NCBI GenBank assembly: GCA_963676915.2
Contig: CAXXVK010000073.1
Location: 1-64,000 of the forward strand
DNA from: Myxococcota bacterium
Lineage (GTDB): Bacteria > Myxococcota_A > SURF-8 > G963663525
Length of the DNA: 64,000 nucleotides
Reading direction: 5' to 3'
The notes under the pieces are model-generated. The model worked only from the letters and a program-made list of their open reading frames with translations, had not been told where the DNA came from and ran no database searches. Below, piece by piece: positions 48,701-57,845 of the stretch. The translations under genes and the position numbers were made by a program. The number at the start of each line of letters is the position of its first letter. Within the stretch, counting starts at the first letter, position 1.

Positions 48701-51324
48701 ATATCCTGGCGAGTAGGAAGACCGCTGGGACAGAACGTGATGTTGAAGGTAAATTCATCGCCGTAAATCGAATACGGATGCAAGGTGGTCGGAGGCGTGG
48801 GAGTCAGGTCGCTGATGACCCAGCTCGACGTCGTACCACCCAGGTACTGGAGAATGGAAATGGAGTAGATTTCCAGTCCGCCCTGACCTTCGTTGTACAT
48901 TCGAATTTCTAGCGGATCCTGCCCGATGTTGTTGGGGTTCGAGTCGGAACAGGCATTTTTCATAACGTCGCCCATGTCGATGGGATTGGCGACCGTTCCG
49001 AAGGGAACGATTTTCATCGTCGGGTTTACACCGTTACCCAGCAGATCAACGTTGATCTCGATGTACTCTTCCCGGTAGTCGTTGGTTTCAAACACGAGGC
49101 TGCCATCCAGAATGCCGGGGACGACCATCGGTTGGAAATTGACGGTGATTTCCTCTTGCTGACCGATCGTGATTTCAGGAAGCAAACGAGGGGAAAAACT
49201 GTAATATTGGGAGGTTTCCGGTGCAAAGCGGATGTTGCTGATTTCCAGGGCCATGCGGCCATTGTTTTTCAGGATCAACACTTCATCGAAACCTTCGGGA
49301 GAATTCAACGGAACTTCGCCCCAGTCAATCTGGGCATCCAGCGGATCGAAGTTGGCGTTTCCTTCCAGTTGCATTTCGAGCCACGGCGCGATGGGAATTC
49401 CGACGAGCGGAATCGGCCACTCGGGGTCGCGGGCGTTGTCGGTGATCATCACCGCCTGGCAATTGTCGATGGCCCGGTTGATTTCATCCACTTCGAGCGG
49501 CATGTATTCGATAACAAATTCCGAATGACCACCGTTGGGCGGAATCGGTCGCGGCATGGTGAGTTGGTCGGATACCCGGAGCTGGAAGTCCTCGCAACCC
49601 TCACCGAAGAGGAACTGTTCCACCGTCAGATCACCGGCACCCATGTTGGTGACTTCGATGGGACACAAGTGCGGTTCCGTCGTGTTGTACGGAACATCCT
49701 GATATCTACAACTCGACGGATTGACTTCGATATGAGACATCACCGCTTTGCAGGTAAGCGAAAGGTACTGCGTGCCCGATTCGTCGTTGGAATGGATCGC
49801 AATCACCCCCTGATAAGGGTCGTCCCGGACTTGATCGGGGCTGCATTTGACGGAGAACGTTACGTACTGGTTCGGCGGAATGCGGTACTCGCCGCCATCG
49901 TTGCCATGAAGGTTCAGTTCGAAGACACCGTATTCGTCCTGGAGTTCTACGCCGTCCACGCCGTCTCCACCGGTTTCCACGATACCTTGGCAGGTACTAC
50001 GCAAAACGACTTCCTGGCTGACGGTCGAACCGATGGAAACCTGACCGAAATCGATGCCTTCGGGAGGTTCGACTTCGAGGCAGGGTTTCACGCCTGCACC
50101 TTCCAGCGGAACGACGATCGGATTTTCAAACGTACCGGATGCCGTGTCGGCATCGTGGTAAATCAACAGGTCGCTGACGTGTGTTCCCTGGTTCTGAGGA
50201 ATGAAATCGACCGTGATTTGCAGCGACTCGGCGTTGCTGACGTGGTAGGGAGCCAAAAGAACGTTCCGATAGGTCGCTTCGTCGATAGCGTAATGCGGGT
50301 TACGATCTCCGGGGGGATCCAATTCGACTTTGAGGATAGTCAAGACTTTGTTGCTGTCGGGATCTTCCACCGCGTTGGTGACGGTAATCGTTGTCTGAGC
50401 GCTGTCACCCAGATCGATGTTGCCGAAGTTGTAGTCGGAAGGCGACACATCGATATTGGATTTTCCTTTGTACTGGGTGGCCATCGGAATGACCGGCTTG
50501 CCGTTGGGCGGATAGCAGACATCGTCGCTGTAAATCTGGATGCTGCCGGTGTCGCGTCCGGCGTCCGTCGGGGTGACTTTGACCTGATAGACGTTGCAAG
50601 CCGGGGAGGCTTCCGAACCGGCTGCGATGGTAATGGTGTCGATGCCGGGATCCTGCATCCACTCGAAATCCGAGGAGGTATCGTCGGTGAACTGGAGAGA
50701 GTAAATCGTCAGGGGTTCCGGGCAGGAGTTGCAGAGGTAAAGACTTTGCAACGAAGAATTTCGCAACTGAACCACACCGAAGTTCATGTTGGTGGGTTCG
50801 AGAGACAGGCAAACCGGACCATCGCAGGAGGAGACATCGTCATCGTCGTCTTCGTCCGTACCGGTCTGGCCGGGGATTTCACACAAGCACTGATCGTTGC
50901 AGATTTGCTCGGAGTTGGGGCAGTGAAGGTCTTCCGAGCATTGACCGGGGACATCGGCCCCTTGGATCAGGCAGTGATTGAAATACGCTTCAGGAGCGTC
51001 GCAATCCGGGACGAGGCAGCAGTATTCCACACCGGTTTCGCAATCGGCGTTGGAATCGCAGGAACTGCCGACGGCATTGACGCATGGACCTTCTGCCAGA
51101 GGGATGCAGCGATCCTGGTAGCAATATTCGTCGATCGTGCAGTCCGTGTCACGGGTGCAGCCGTTAGGTACGTCCGAATCGGTGGAGGAAGAATTATCTT
51201 TGTCTCCATCGATGGGATCGACCGTGCCTGAACTATCATCGCAACCCGTTCCAACCCCAAAAGCAATGAGAATCGCCAACACGACCCATAACGAAATGCT
51301 TCGACTGGAAATACACCTGCCCAT
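45757..51324 (-). CDS. Giant surface lipoprotein with tandem Ig-like (choice-of-anchor D/ASH-type) domains and 9 Cys-rich CDGxDNDCDG repeats
   Basis: ~1855 aa from MGRCISS (GAGGAG RBS); lipobox-like GTGC; repeated FG.V...N.G...L.I...I.S.D domains; DxxNCGGCG motif. Confidence 0.85.
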   Translation of the reverse strand: MGRCISSRSISLWVVLAILIAFGVGTGCDDSSGTVDPIDGDKDNSSSTDSDVPNGCTRDTDCTIDEYCYQDRCIPLAEGPCVNAVGSSCDSNADCETGVEYCCLVPDCDAPEAYFNHCLIQGADVPGQCSEDLHCPNSEQICNDQCLCEIPGQTGTDEDDDDDVSSCDGPVCLSLEPTNMNFGVVQLRNSSLQSLYLCNSCPEPLTIYSLQFTDDTSSDFEWMQDPGIDTITIAAGSEASPACNVYQVKVTPTDAGRDTGSIQIYSDDVCYPPNGKPVIPMATQYKGKSNIDVSPSDYNFGNIDLGDSAQTTITVTNAVEDPDSNKVLTILKVELDPPGDRNPHYAIDEATYRNVLLAPYHVSNAESLQITVDFIPQNQGTHVSDLLIYHDADTASGTFENPIVVPLEGAGVKPCLEVEPPEGIDFGQVSIGSTVSQEVVLRSTCQGIVETGGDGVDGVELQDEYGVFELNLHGNDGGEYRIPPNQYVTFSVKCSPDQVRDDPYQGVIAIHSNDESGTQYLSLTCKAVMSHIEVNPSSCRYQDVPYNTTEPHLCPIEVTNMGAGDLTVEQFLFGEGCEDFQLRVSDQLTMPRPIPPNGGHSEFVIEYMPLEVDEINRAIDNCQAVMITDNARDPEWPIPLVGIPIAPWLEMQLEGNANFDPLDAQIDWGEVPLNSPEGFDEVLILKNNGRMALEISNIRFAPETSQYYSFSPRLLPEITIGQQEEITVNFQPMVVPGILDGSLVFETNDYREEYIEINVDLLGNGVNPTMKIVPFGTVANPIDMGDVMKNACSDSNPNNIGQDPLEIRMYNEGQGGLEIYSISILQYLGGTTSSWVISDLTPTPPTTLHPYSIYGDEFTFNITFCPSGLPTRQDMVLGICSNDFQDVQSHPGYGEPSSENKCPEGYGWRELYFRGDGMDCPEGSHDLDDNPADCEYPCTETLNRVEYCDGLDNDCNGVIDDGYAVGVLYCNDPEADPANCCDPSDPSDPDCCDGEGACGVGVWECDPVSKLGMICSSDINGSEYLHWATPESCDNRDNDCDGEVDEDWNVGELCLGEGECGLGHVECAGASATRCSANPGGSQYDPNLEIRKEVCDGNDNDCDGEIDNGTYFIREDISGVCDDCVNRYCRGEGNCQSGVFRCDLSDPNQMTVYCTGNDAGAEYELCNSEDDDCDGEVDEVYKAPDNICPGSGSDDIYIGCTCQGVGQCGKDYSGAVPVDKYGVGQCDPENLYGTICSTSPGGSQDRSTEEICDGIDNDCDGEIDEDFHLDDPEWPCYAPGQCGFQFVDGQQVPRAGVWECDPYGSGDKICSTGIGGSTYDQVSSIEICDEVDNDCNGYIDDIPGLNVGQACVGTGECRLITGELECKNASEVQCSVDPGGSDHVPFPYDPAREELCDGKDNDCDGIIDNNYDIDTHCLGTGTCVDGRWECDGLNPRETVCSTLPGGSQYYPEVEVCDGIDNDCDGKTDEDFIAEGPANKCQACGTCGLDPETLEPIFGRWECDSSDPYHQRTICSTSPGGSDYNPMLPERIEVCDGYDNDCDCVVDEGFSSDNDDINNCGGCGKVCNAANATSACDSGTCVIENCNPEYYDIDDIYDTGCECPTDYNDQADRGDTCSDAVFGGEFRDQIPGTSDFLRGNIIRFRYNASTGQTCPANLQVADGDDVWCTDVDWYRVKALDTSDSGADNFYFRIAFSENPRNQYRFEVYRTCSERICPTDPNTTDGNLEPFTFAYDFYGDDLGYAATAVPIQDNGYLTPDHENNHIGHVENRSPLYMFPGQNPCDTINPNVDDAWSPEESNPENEMRWPWGNRPIYNLCSAENQEFYIKVFRAPHTVPSCEDYSLEVSNAGNYSTSN

Positions 51325-51706
51325 CCCACATCTCCTCAGTAAATGTCCCGGAAGGATTCGTCCCCCTGGGATTGTATCGGTTGAAAACGTCGGTTTAGTC
51401 TTCATTCGTTTGGAAATACCTATATTAAGCGAAGTCAAAATTTAGTCAAGGGAAACCTCATTGCGCCCGATCACAGGAAACCTTAAATTGCCCAAATAAT
51501 TACAGCTTGTTAGCAATTTGTACGGTTTTCGTATTACGAACCTTCAATCGTGCGTTTCTAGACTTCCCACCTCCCTTGAAAAAAGGAGTGCCTTCTTCAA
51601 AGCGGTTCTTTCTGAACGAATCCTTTCGAAAAACCGCTCATTCGATTAGACGTGCTTCCCTTCCGGTTTTCGGCATAGGATGCAATTTTTTCAATTTATT
51701 GAAGAA

Positions 51707-52741
51707 TTAGGGAGTTTCCAGCGACGGATTTCGTAATTCGTCCGCCGAGAGAATACGCTCTCCGGCAATGGGTTGTTGTTCGGAAAACCCTCGATGCTCC
51801 ACATATTCTCCCGGTACGCCGTCGCAAACCAGGAAATAGCGGCAGCTGGCGCAGGAAGATGCTTTTAATTTGTAATGACTCCCGGTAACAGAATAGCTTT
51901 TTTCCCGCTTTTCCGAGTGCAACGCGACGAATTTCTCGACATGGCGCCGAACGGGGCGGCGGTTCCAGTACAATTCGTCGGCTACATAAACGTATTCGCC
52001 AAGGTGACATAATGGAACGTTGGCCACGGTCAATCGCTGGTTTGCGTCGTCGGCCAATTTCATTGCCTCGATCAATCCCGGTTCTACGTCCCGATAGGTG
52101 GGCACGATGTCTTGAAAATGCTCGTAGGCTCGACCAACGGGTCGCACGAAAGCCCAATGAATGCGCCCCACCTGCCAGTCTATCAAAAACCTCATCAATT
52201 CCGGCAAGTTATTTGCATTGTGCGAGTGAATGACACTCGTGGCCCAGAAGTCGTGACCGGCCTCTCGGAGGTTTTTCAAAGCAGCATGAAGATCTTCGAA
52301 AGCTCCCGGCGATCCGGTAGCGGCATCGTGAACGGCGGCATCGGCTCCGTGAATCGATAGATTGACCCGACTCAACCCGGCCTCGAAGGCCGCTTGCATG
52401 AAATTCCGGTCGGCAAAGCGGCGTCCATTGGTGGTGACGAAAACCGTTCGGTATCGGCAGCGCCGAGCAAACTCGACCAACTCGACGAAATCCTTGCGGA
52501 TCGTCGGTTCCCCCCCCAGAAAGGTCAAGTGGTCGTACCCCTGTCGGCGAAGGTCGATCAATTTCTTCTTGATGGCAACCGTCGAAGTCTTTTGGCGGGC
52601 TTCTTCGGCGATTTCGCTGGTTCGGTGGTAGTATTCCGAGCAAAAACAGCAGCGATTGTTGCAGACGTACCCGAGGCCGATTTCGGCGCGTCGGTCCCGA
52701 GGACGTGGAGCGGAAGGGCTCATCGAGCGATCCGAAAACAT
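51707..52741 (-). CDS. Radical SAM protein, HxsC-like
   Basis: CNNRCCFC, LGGEPTIRKDF, TTNGRRF, NVPLCHL, CASCRYFLVCDG. Confidence 0.75.
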   Translation of the reverse strand: MFSDRSMSPSAPRPRDRRAEIGLGYVCNNRCCFCSEYYHRTSEIAEEARQKTSTVAIKKKLIDLRRQGYDHLTFLGGEPTIRKDFVELVEFARRCRYRTVFVTTNGRRFADRNFMQAAFEAGLSRVNLSIHGADAAVHDAATGSPGAFEDLHAALKNLREAGHDFWATSVIHSHNANNLPELMRFLIDWQVGRIHWAFVRPVGRAYEHFQDIVPTYRDVEPGLIEAMKLADDANQRLTVANVPLCHLGEYVYVADELYWNRRPVRRHVEKFVALHSEKREKSYSVTGSHYKLKASSCASCRYFLVCDGVPGEYVEHRGFSEQQPIAGERILSADELRNPSLETP

Positions 52742-52931
52742 GAGAAAAGTCTTGTTATTTCAATGGGATTTGACATCAGATCCATTCTCATAAGTTAGAA
52801 AACACCGACCTTGAAGCAACCTTCGTATTTTGCTTGGAAAAGTGTCGTTTGTACAGTACCGATTCTATGATTTCAGGGTAAAGCGCTGGCTGTACCTGTC
52901 AAGGAAATGTGACAGACAATTGACCGTTTTT

Positions 52932-53029
52932 TATTTGTCCTGACAAATATAGTTGCAAATATGTTTGCAAAGTGTCATTTTATCGAAACTCCGAAGAATT
53001 CGGACAGCGGAGGCGTGTTAAAATGACAC
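52932..53029. repeat. Three adjacent inverted repeats in the divergent intergenic region
   Basis: TATTTGTC-CT-GACAAATA (52932-52949), TTGCAAA-TATG-TTTGCAA (52953-52970), GTGTCATTTTA...TAAAATGACAC (52972-53029) enclosing TCCGAA-GAA-TTCGGA. Confidence 0.6.
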
Positions 53030-53078
53030 GATTGCTTTCCTCTTTGAAAAGCAAGAGATAGTACCGTAAAGGTTTGGA

Positions 53079-53978
53079 ATGGTTATTGATTTTGCATTTT
53101 TTTTCTATTGCCTGGTGTTTAGCCTTCTAGGGCTGATTTCCGGTGCGGTAGTGGTGTTGATGCGAATCATCGGCATCGTGTTCGGCTATCTTCTGTCCGA
53201 TTGGATGGCCCCCGTATTGACCAGGATGCTGGATGAGGAAGGCGGTATCAGTCCCGAAACGTTGACCCATGTGTGTTTTGTCACAACGTGGGTGATTTTT
53301 TATATCGGAATCGTCGTTTGGGGAAAACATACCAGTGCGGGGCTTGCAGAGAATTCCAAAAGTTTCAACAAGATCAATACGGCGGGTGGGTTTTTCCTTG
53401 GCCTGATTCAGGCTGTGCTGCTTTTTCTCGTGTCGATGTACGCTGTTTCCTTCGTAAAAGCAACAGTTTACGAAGTTCGTCCCGAAGCTCGCGACTGGGT
53501 GATGGAATCGGCGGTGCTCAACTTCTGGGCGGATACGCCTGTGGCGGATCTCGTGCTGCCAGGTGAAATCGTCGATCTGGCAACGCTGTTCAAACGTCTG
53601 GACAACAAAGTAGAGATATCGTCGCTTGGAAAAGCGGAAAACAAATCCGGGAAGAGCGAAAAAGAAAAACAGGCGATTTGCCGCGAGCGCCGGAAGCGCC
53701 TTATGGCCAGCAAAGACGCTCGGGAGATTTTTCAAGATAAAGAGCTGATGGAAACCCTGAAAAGCGGGAAAGTTTTCGAAGCGATGAAGCATGAAAAGAT
53801 CCGTGCTTTGTATAGTAATCCTGCGGTGTTATACGGTCTTTTGGAAGAGATGCGGGGAATGTTCGACGACGAATGTTCCCTGGAGGATATCGAAAACGAA
53901 CCTGCCAAAACCCCTCCGAAAAAGTCGAAACGTAGCCGAAAGAAAAAAACACGGAAAAAGAAACAAAAAGGCGAGTAA
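53079..53978 (+). CDS. CvpA (colicin V production)-family membrane protein with C-terminal extension
   Basis: MVID..4 TM helices, INTAGGFFLGLIQ, ES.VL; Lys-rich tail. Confidence 0.7.
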   Translation: MVIDFAFFFYCLVFSLLGLISGAVVVLMRIIGIVFGYLLSDWMAPVLTRMLDEEGGISPETLTHVCFVTTWVIFYIGIVVWGKHTSAGLAENSKSFNKINTAGGFFLGLIQAVLLFLVSMYAVSFVKATVYEVRPEARDWVMESAVLNFWADTPVADLVLPGEIVDLATLFKRLDNKVEISSLGKAENKSGKSEKEKQAICRERRKRLMASKDAREIFQDKELMETLKSGKVFEAMKHEKIRALYSNPAVLYGLLEEMRGMFDDECSLEDIENEPAKTPPKKSKRSRKKKTRKKKQKGE

Positions 53979-54175
53979 TCTTAACTATTTTCGTCCTTTT
54001 CCATCTTCTTCTCGCCTATTCCCCGGACGGGAAGAATTGACTTTCTCGGCTTCGACTGATAATCACAATGGAATCCCAATTCCGGTGGTCAGTGTTCACA
54101 ATCCGGAGGGTTTTTCGCTTCGAAACAACAACAAAAAGTGTCTCCGGTTCCTTTTTTACGCAAGGAGATCGACTG

Positions 54176-54307
54176 GTGAAAGACGCACTTCTCGTTTTCG
54201 CGAATGGAATGGTTGGCGTGTTTGCGGGCATGGCCATTCTTTACATTTCGATTCGTACCACATCGTTTGTACTGGATAAACTGGAAGGAAAGAAGGAGCA
54301 GTCGTGA
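54176..54307 (+). CDS. Na+-translocating decarboxylase small membrane subunit (OadG/GcdD-like)
   Basis: 43 aa from GTG after AAGGAG; GMVGVF..AIL TM; stop overlaps the beta-subunit start. Confidence 0.7.
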   Translation: MKDALLVFANGMVGVFAGMAILYISIRTTSFVLDKLEGKKEQS

Positions 54308-55422
54308 ACGATTCGATGTTTTCACTTCTCGATAGTCTCGGCTTGCTGGCGTTGACGCCCGGAATGCTGGTGATGTGGGTGATCGGCTTTACGCTGATTT
54401 TTCTCGCCGTGGCCAAAGAATACGAGCCGTTGCTGCTTTTGCCTATCGGTTTCGGGATTTTATTGGCCAACCTGCCCATGACGCATCTGATGGAGCCGGG
54501 AGAGGGGTTAATCTGGCGCTTTTACCATTACGGCATCGAATGGGAAGTCATTCCGCCGTTGATTTTCCTTGGACTGGGCGCTCTGACCGATTTCGGTCCG
54601 TTGCTGGCCCAACCTCGGCTGATTTTCCTGGGAGCCGCCGCTCAAGCGGGGGTGTACGTGACCTTTTTCGTTGCTTGGGCCATCGGTTTCGATTTGCAGG
54701 AGGCGGCGACGATTGGAATTATCGGAGGGGCGGACGGACCGACGACGATTTTCCTTGCCTCCAATCTTGCACCCCATCTCTTGGCGAGTTGCGCCGTGGC
54801 CGCCTATTCCTACATGGCGATGGTGCCGATTATCCAACCGCCGATCATGAAACTGCTCACCACCGAAAACGAGCGCAAAATCAAGATGAAGCGGGGACGC
54901 AAAGTGGGGCGCAAGGAAAAACTGCTGTTCCCGATCATCTCCGCCGTGGTAATCCTGCTGATCGTTCCGGCCTCCGCGCCATTGATTGCCATGTTCATGC
55001 TGGGCAACCTCTTCCGTGAGGCCAAAGTGGTTGAGCGCTTAAGCAATGCCGCACAGAACGAACTCATGAATATCGTTACGATTTTCCTGGGTGTGTCCAT
55101 CGGTGCGACGATGACGGCCGAGAACTTTCTCAAGAAAGAAGCGCTTTTTATCTTTTTCCTTGGACTGTTCGCGTTTATGATCAGTACGGCCACCGGGGTG
55201 CTGTTGGCCAAGTTGATGAATTTGTTCACGAAGAACAAAATCAACCCGCTGATCGGAGCCGCCGGGGTGTCGGCAGTGCCGATGGCGGCACGAGTCGCTC
55301 ACAAAGTCGGATCGGAAGCGGACAAACGAAACTACTTGCTGATGTTCGCGATGGGACCGAACATCGCGGGAGTCATCGGCACCGTGATCGCAGCCGGTAT
55401 CTTTTTGATGTTGTTGAAATAG
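54304..55422 (+). CDS. oadB: Na+-translocating decarboxylase beta subunit
   Basis: YEPLLLLPIGFG, IGIIGGADGPT, YSYMAMVPIIQPP, GVSAVPMAAR, AMGPN. Confidence 0.92.
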   Translation: MNDSMFSLLDSLGLLALTPGMLVMWVIGFTLIFLAVAKEYEPLLLLPIGFGILLANLPMTHLMEPGEGLIWRFYHYGIEWEVIPPLIFLGLGALTDFGPLLAQPRLIFLGAAAQAGVYVTFFVAWAIGFDLQEAATIGIIGGADGPTTIFLASNLAPHLLASCAVAAYSYMAMVPIIQPPIMKLLTTENERKIKMKRGRKVGRKEKLLFPIISAVVILLIVPASAPLIAMFMLGNLFREAKVVERLSNAAQNELMNIVTIFLGVSIGATMTAENFLKKEALFIFFLGLFAFMISTATGVLLAKLMNLFTKNKINPLIGAAGVSAVPMAARVAHKVGSEADKRNYLLMFAMGPNIAGVIGTVIAAGIFLMLLK

Positions 55423-55445
55423 TTTATCAAACAGGAGAAAAGCAC

Positions 55446-55661
55446 ATGGCCAACGAAGTATTCGCTCCTCTGGCGGGAAAAATCGTCAAAGTCAGCATCG
55501 AAGTGGGACAGCAGGTCGAGGAAGACGACGAAGCGATGGTGATCGAGGCGATGAAAATGGAAACGCCGGTGTATTTGGAGTTTTCCGGAACGGTCAAAGA
55601 AATCAACGTCAAAGAAGGCCAGCAGGTCGAAGAGGAAGACGTTTTGGCCGTGATCGAGTAA
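55446..55661 (+). CDS. Biotin carboxyl carrier protein
   Basis: 71 aa; APLAG, IEAMKME. Confidence 0.92.
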   Translation: MANEVFAPLAGKIVKVSIEVGQQVEEDDEAMVIEAMKMETPVYLEFSGTVKEINVKEGQQVEEEDVLAVIE

Positions 55662-55934
55662 ATTCTCGTAAAACTCTGCAATTACAACTGGTTATGCTGT
55701 TTATTGTGCCCGCCGAAACTTGTGTTTCGTGCGGGCGCTTTGTATGAAGATCGAATCGGAAGGGTGCAGCAGCGTCGTTCGAACGCAGAAAACCCGCCGA
55801 AACTCTCGGAAACGTTGCTTTTTTTGCCTGAATTTCTTTTTTTTGTTCGATCCTGGTTCAATTTTTCTTGCAGGTTGAACGGGCAATGGATACAGTCGCC
55901 ATGACATGGGAAACCCGGAGATTCTGCTAACAGT

Positions 55935-57413
55935 ATGGGAGTCGCAATGGTGCGGTGGTTATTGATAGCGTCAATGGTGCTGGTATGGTGCTCCAATGCG
56001 TGGGCCAACGATACAACGGTTTTGCCTAAAGGCGTCTTCGTCATTGGTGCAAAATTCGGTTACCAGTTTTCGGATAAATACTTTCAGAACGAGTGGACGA
56101 CCAAAACCGAATCGATTGTCGCCGACTACAATATCGAGATTTCGGGTGGCGACCTGGATGCCGCGTTGTCGGAATACACCCTCGGGAAACTGGATGTGGA
56201 ATACGAAGCCTTCGGCATGAACATGACCATGCAGATGGGCTACGGCATCACCGACCAGGTTTCCGTCGTGATGATGCTGCCGTTCCAGCGTTCGCGAACA
56301 GCGGTGAATTTCCGCCTTCTGGGGTCTGATCTGGGAACCTATCTCGACGAAAACGGCATCCCTGCAGCCCCGATGCCCTACGATCCGAACAACCCCGAAA
56401 TGCACTTGCTGGATGGCGACATCCTCGCCACCGCTCTGAGTTGTACCGACCCTAATTCTCTATTGTGCTCGTTCCGTTACACCTCCCCGCGTGAAACCTT
56501 CGACCGCTGGGGTATCGGCGAATTGATCACCGCCATTCGGTATCAGTTTTACCAGTCGGACTGGTTCAACCAGGGCATGACGCTGTTCGTGAAATGGCCG
56601 ACCGGTCGTCATGAAGATCAAAACCACCTGTTCGATATCAACATGGGCGACCAGAACTTCGATATCGGTTTCTGGTACGGCATGGACTTTGTAGCCTTGC
56701 GCGGCCTGCCGGCGGTTCATGAGTTGATGTTCAACCTCACCGTGGGGTACACCGACCAGCTTCCCGACGTAAAAGAAAAACGAATGATTTCCATGTCCAA
56801 AGAGGCTGATGGCTGGGAAGTGGGAACGATTCCGTTGGGTCAATACTGGCAGAAAATGAAAATTCACCGAGACATCGGTGGTAACTGGGATGTCTACGGC
56901 GGTTTCAACTGGGCCTTCGACGAATGGATTTCCCTCTCGCAGGAATATTATTTCTTCTGGAAATACTACGACAACATCTGGGGTGCCGAACCTGTGCCGA
57001 AGGAATACAAATACGGAACGCTGTTCGTTCCCGACTACCGCGCCCTCGAATATGCCACCGACCAGTCCGCCATCGACATGACCACTGCCGTGGCGCTCAA
57101 CACCATCGGCTGGTTCTCGCGAGGGAAATTCCCGATTCCGATGATGTTCTCGATCGGCTATACCGTGACCATCGCAGGTAAAAACTTCGAACAGAACCAC
57201 ACCTTCTGGGGAAGCCTGGATCTGGCGGGTATGGTCAACCTGGTCGAAATGATGGAGGCCGAAGGGCAGAAGGTCGAGGAAGAAAACCTGGACGAAGCCG
57301 CTGCCAATGCCGAGGAAGATGGCAAAATCACGGCCAAAAGCCTTCAAATGCTGAACAACATGCCGTTGCAGAACGTCGGACCTCGTGCGAAGTTCAAACA
57401 ATATCCATGGTAA
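55935..57413 (+). CDS. Secreted hypothetical protein, probable outer-membrane beta-barrel
   Basis: Signal peptide (AWA), alternating aromatic strands, YGITDQVSV..LPF, GIGE, PTG motifs. Confidence 0.55.
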   Translation: MGVAMVRWLLIASMVLVWCSNAWANDTTVLPKGVFVIGAKFGYQFSDKYFQNEWTTKTESIVADYNIEISGGDLDAALSEYTLGKLDVEYEAFGMNMTMQMGYGITDQVSVVMMLPFQRSRTAVNFRLLGSDLGTYLDENGIPAAPMPYDPNNPEMHLLDGDILATALSCTDPNSLLCSFRYTSPRETFDRWGIGELITAIRYQFYQSDWFNQGMTLFVKWPTGRHEDQNHLFDINMGDQNFDIGFWYGMDFVALRGLPAVHELMFNLTVGYTDQLPDVKEKRMISMSKEADGWEVGTIPLGQYWQKMKIHRDIGGNWDVYGGFNWAFDEWISLSQEYYFFWKYYDNIWGAEPVPKEYKYGTLFVPDYRALEYATDQSAIDMTTAVALNTIGWFSRGKFPIPMMFSIGYTVTIAGKNFEQNHTFWGSLDLAGMVNLVEMMEAEGQKVEEENLDEAAANAEEDGKITAKSLQMLNNMPLQNVGPRAKFKQYPW

Positions 57414-57685
57414 GGAATGATCCCGTCCTGACGTTACTGTTGGACGGTCATTGCATCGAAACCACGGCTCGAATCGCTTTTCGTGATATGGAGCGTTGTG
57501 CCCTGGATGGTCGAGAAGTGGATGAATCGGCCTATGAGCTGTTATCCGAATTCCTGCAAGCCACCGACTTCGGGACACTCCGTACGGAACGTCCAATCCT
57601 CGACGGTCGCCGTAAAGTTAAGGTAAAGGTTTACCGAAAAGGCGCAACCTTTGCCATCGAGGAAATAGATCGCCTCGAAGGATGA
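57407..57685 (+). CDS. Hypothetical protein
   Basis: 92-aa ORF overlapping the upstream stop; host-like codon usage. Confidence 0.5.
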   Translation: MVRNDPVLTLLLDGHCIETTARIAFRDMERCALDGREVDESAYELLSEFLQATDFGTLRTERPILDGRRKVKVKVYRKGATFAIEEIDRLEG

Positions 57686-57789
57686 TTTGCGTTTTACCTG
57701 GACAATTCAAACAATTGAATGATCGAGAATCTTCACGTCGCAAGTGATTCTTCATGAATTTATACGGGTTATGAGAATTGACGCGACCA

Positions 57790-57835
57790 CCAACGAAAAA
57801 GGTCGGACCAAGCACGGTTCGACCTTTTTCGTTGG
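57790..57835. terminator. Bidirectional intrinsic terminator
   Basis: Perfect 16-bp inverted repeat CCAACGAAAAAGGTCG / CGACCTTTTTCGTTGG between convergent genes. Confidence 0.8.
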
Positions 57836-57845
57836 CTTTCAGGTT

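Noticed and set aside
49132-51231. Long plus-strand ORFs (699 aa here; also 28010-29599, 36899-38161) and minus-strand 30791-32026, 56460-57596
   Set aside because: Antisense shadows of well-supported genes on the other strand, expected from codon bias; no motifs.
53980-54175. Na+-sensing riboswitch or sigma70 promoter ahead of the decarboxylase genes
   Set aside because: No riboswitch consensus recognised; the TTGACT/GATAAT spacing is only 15 bp.
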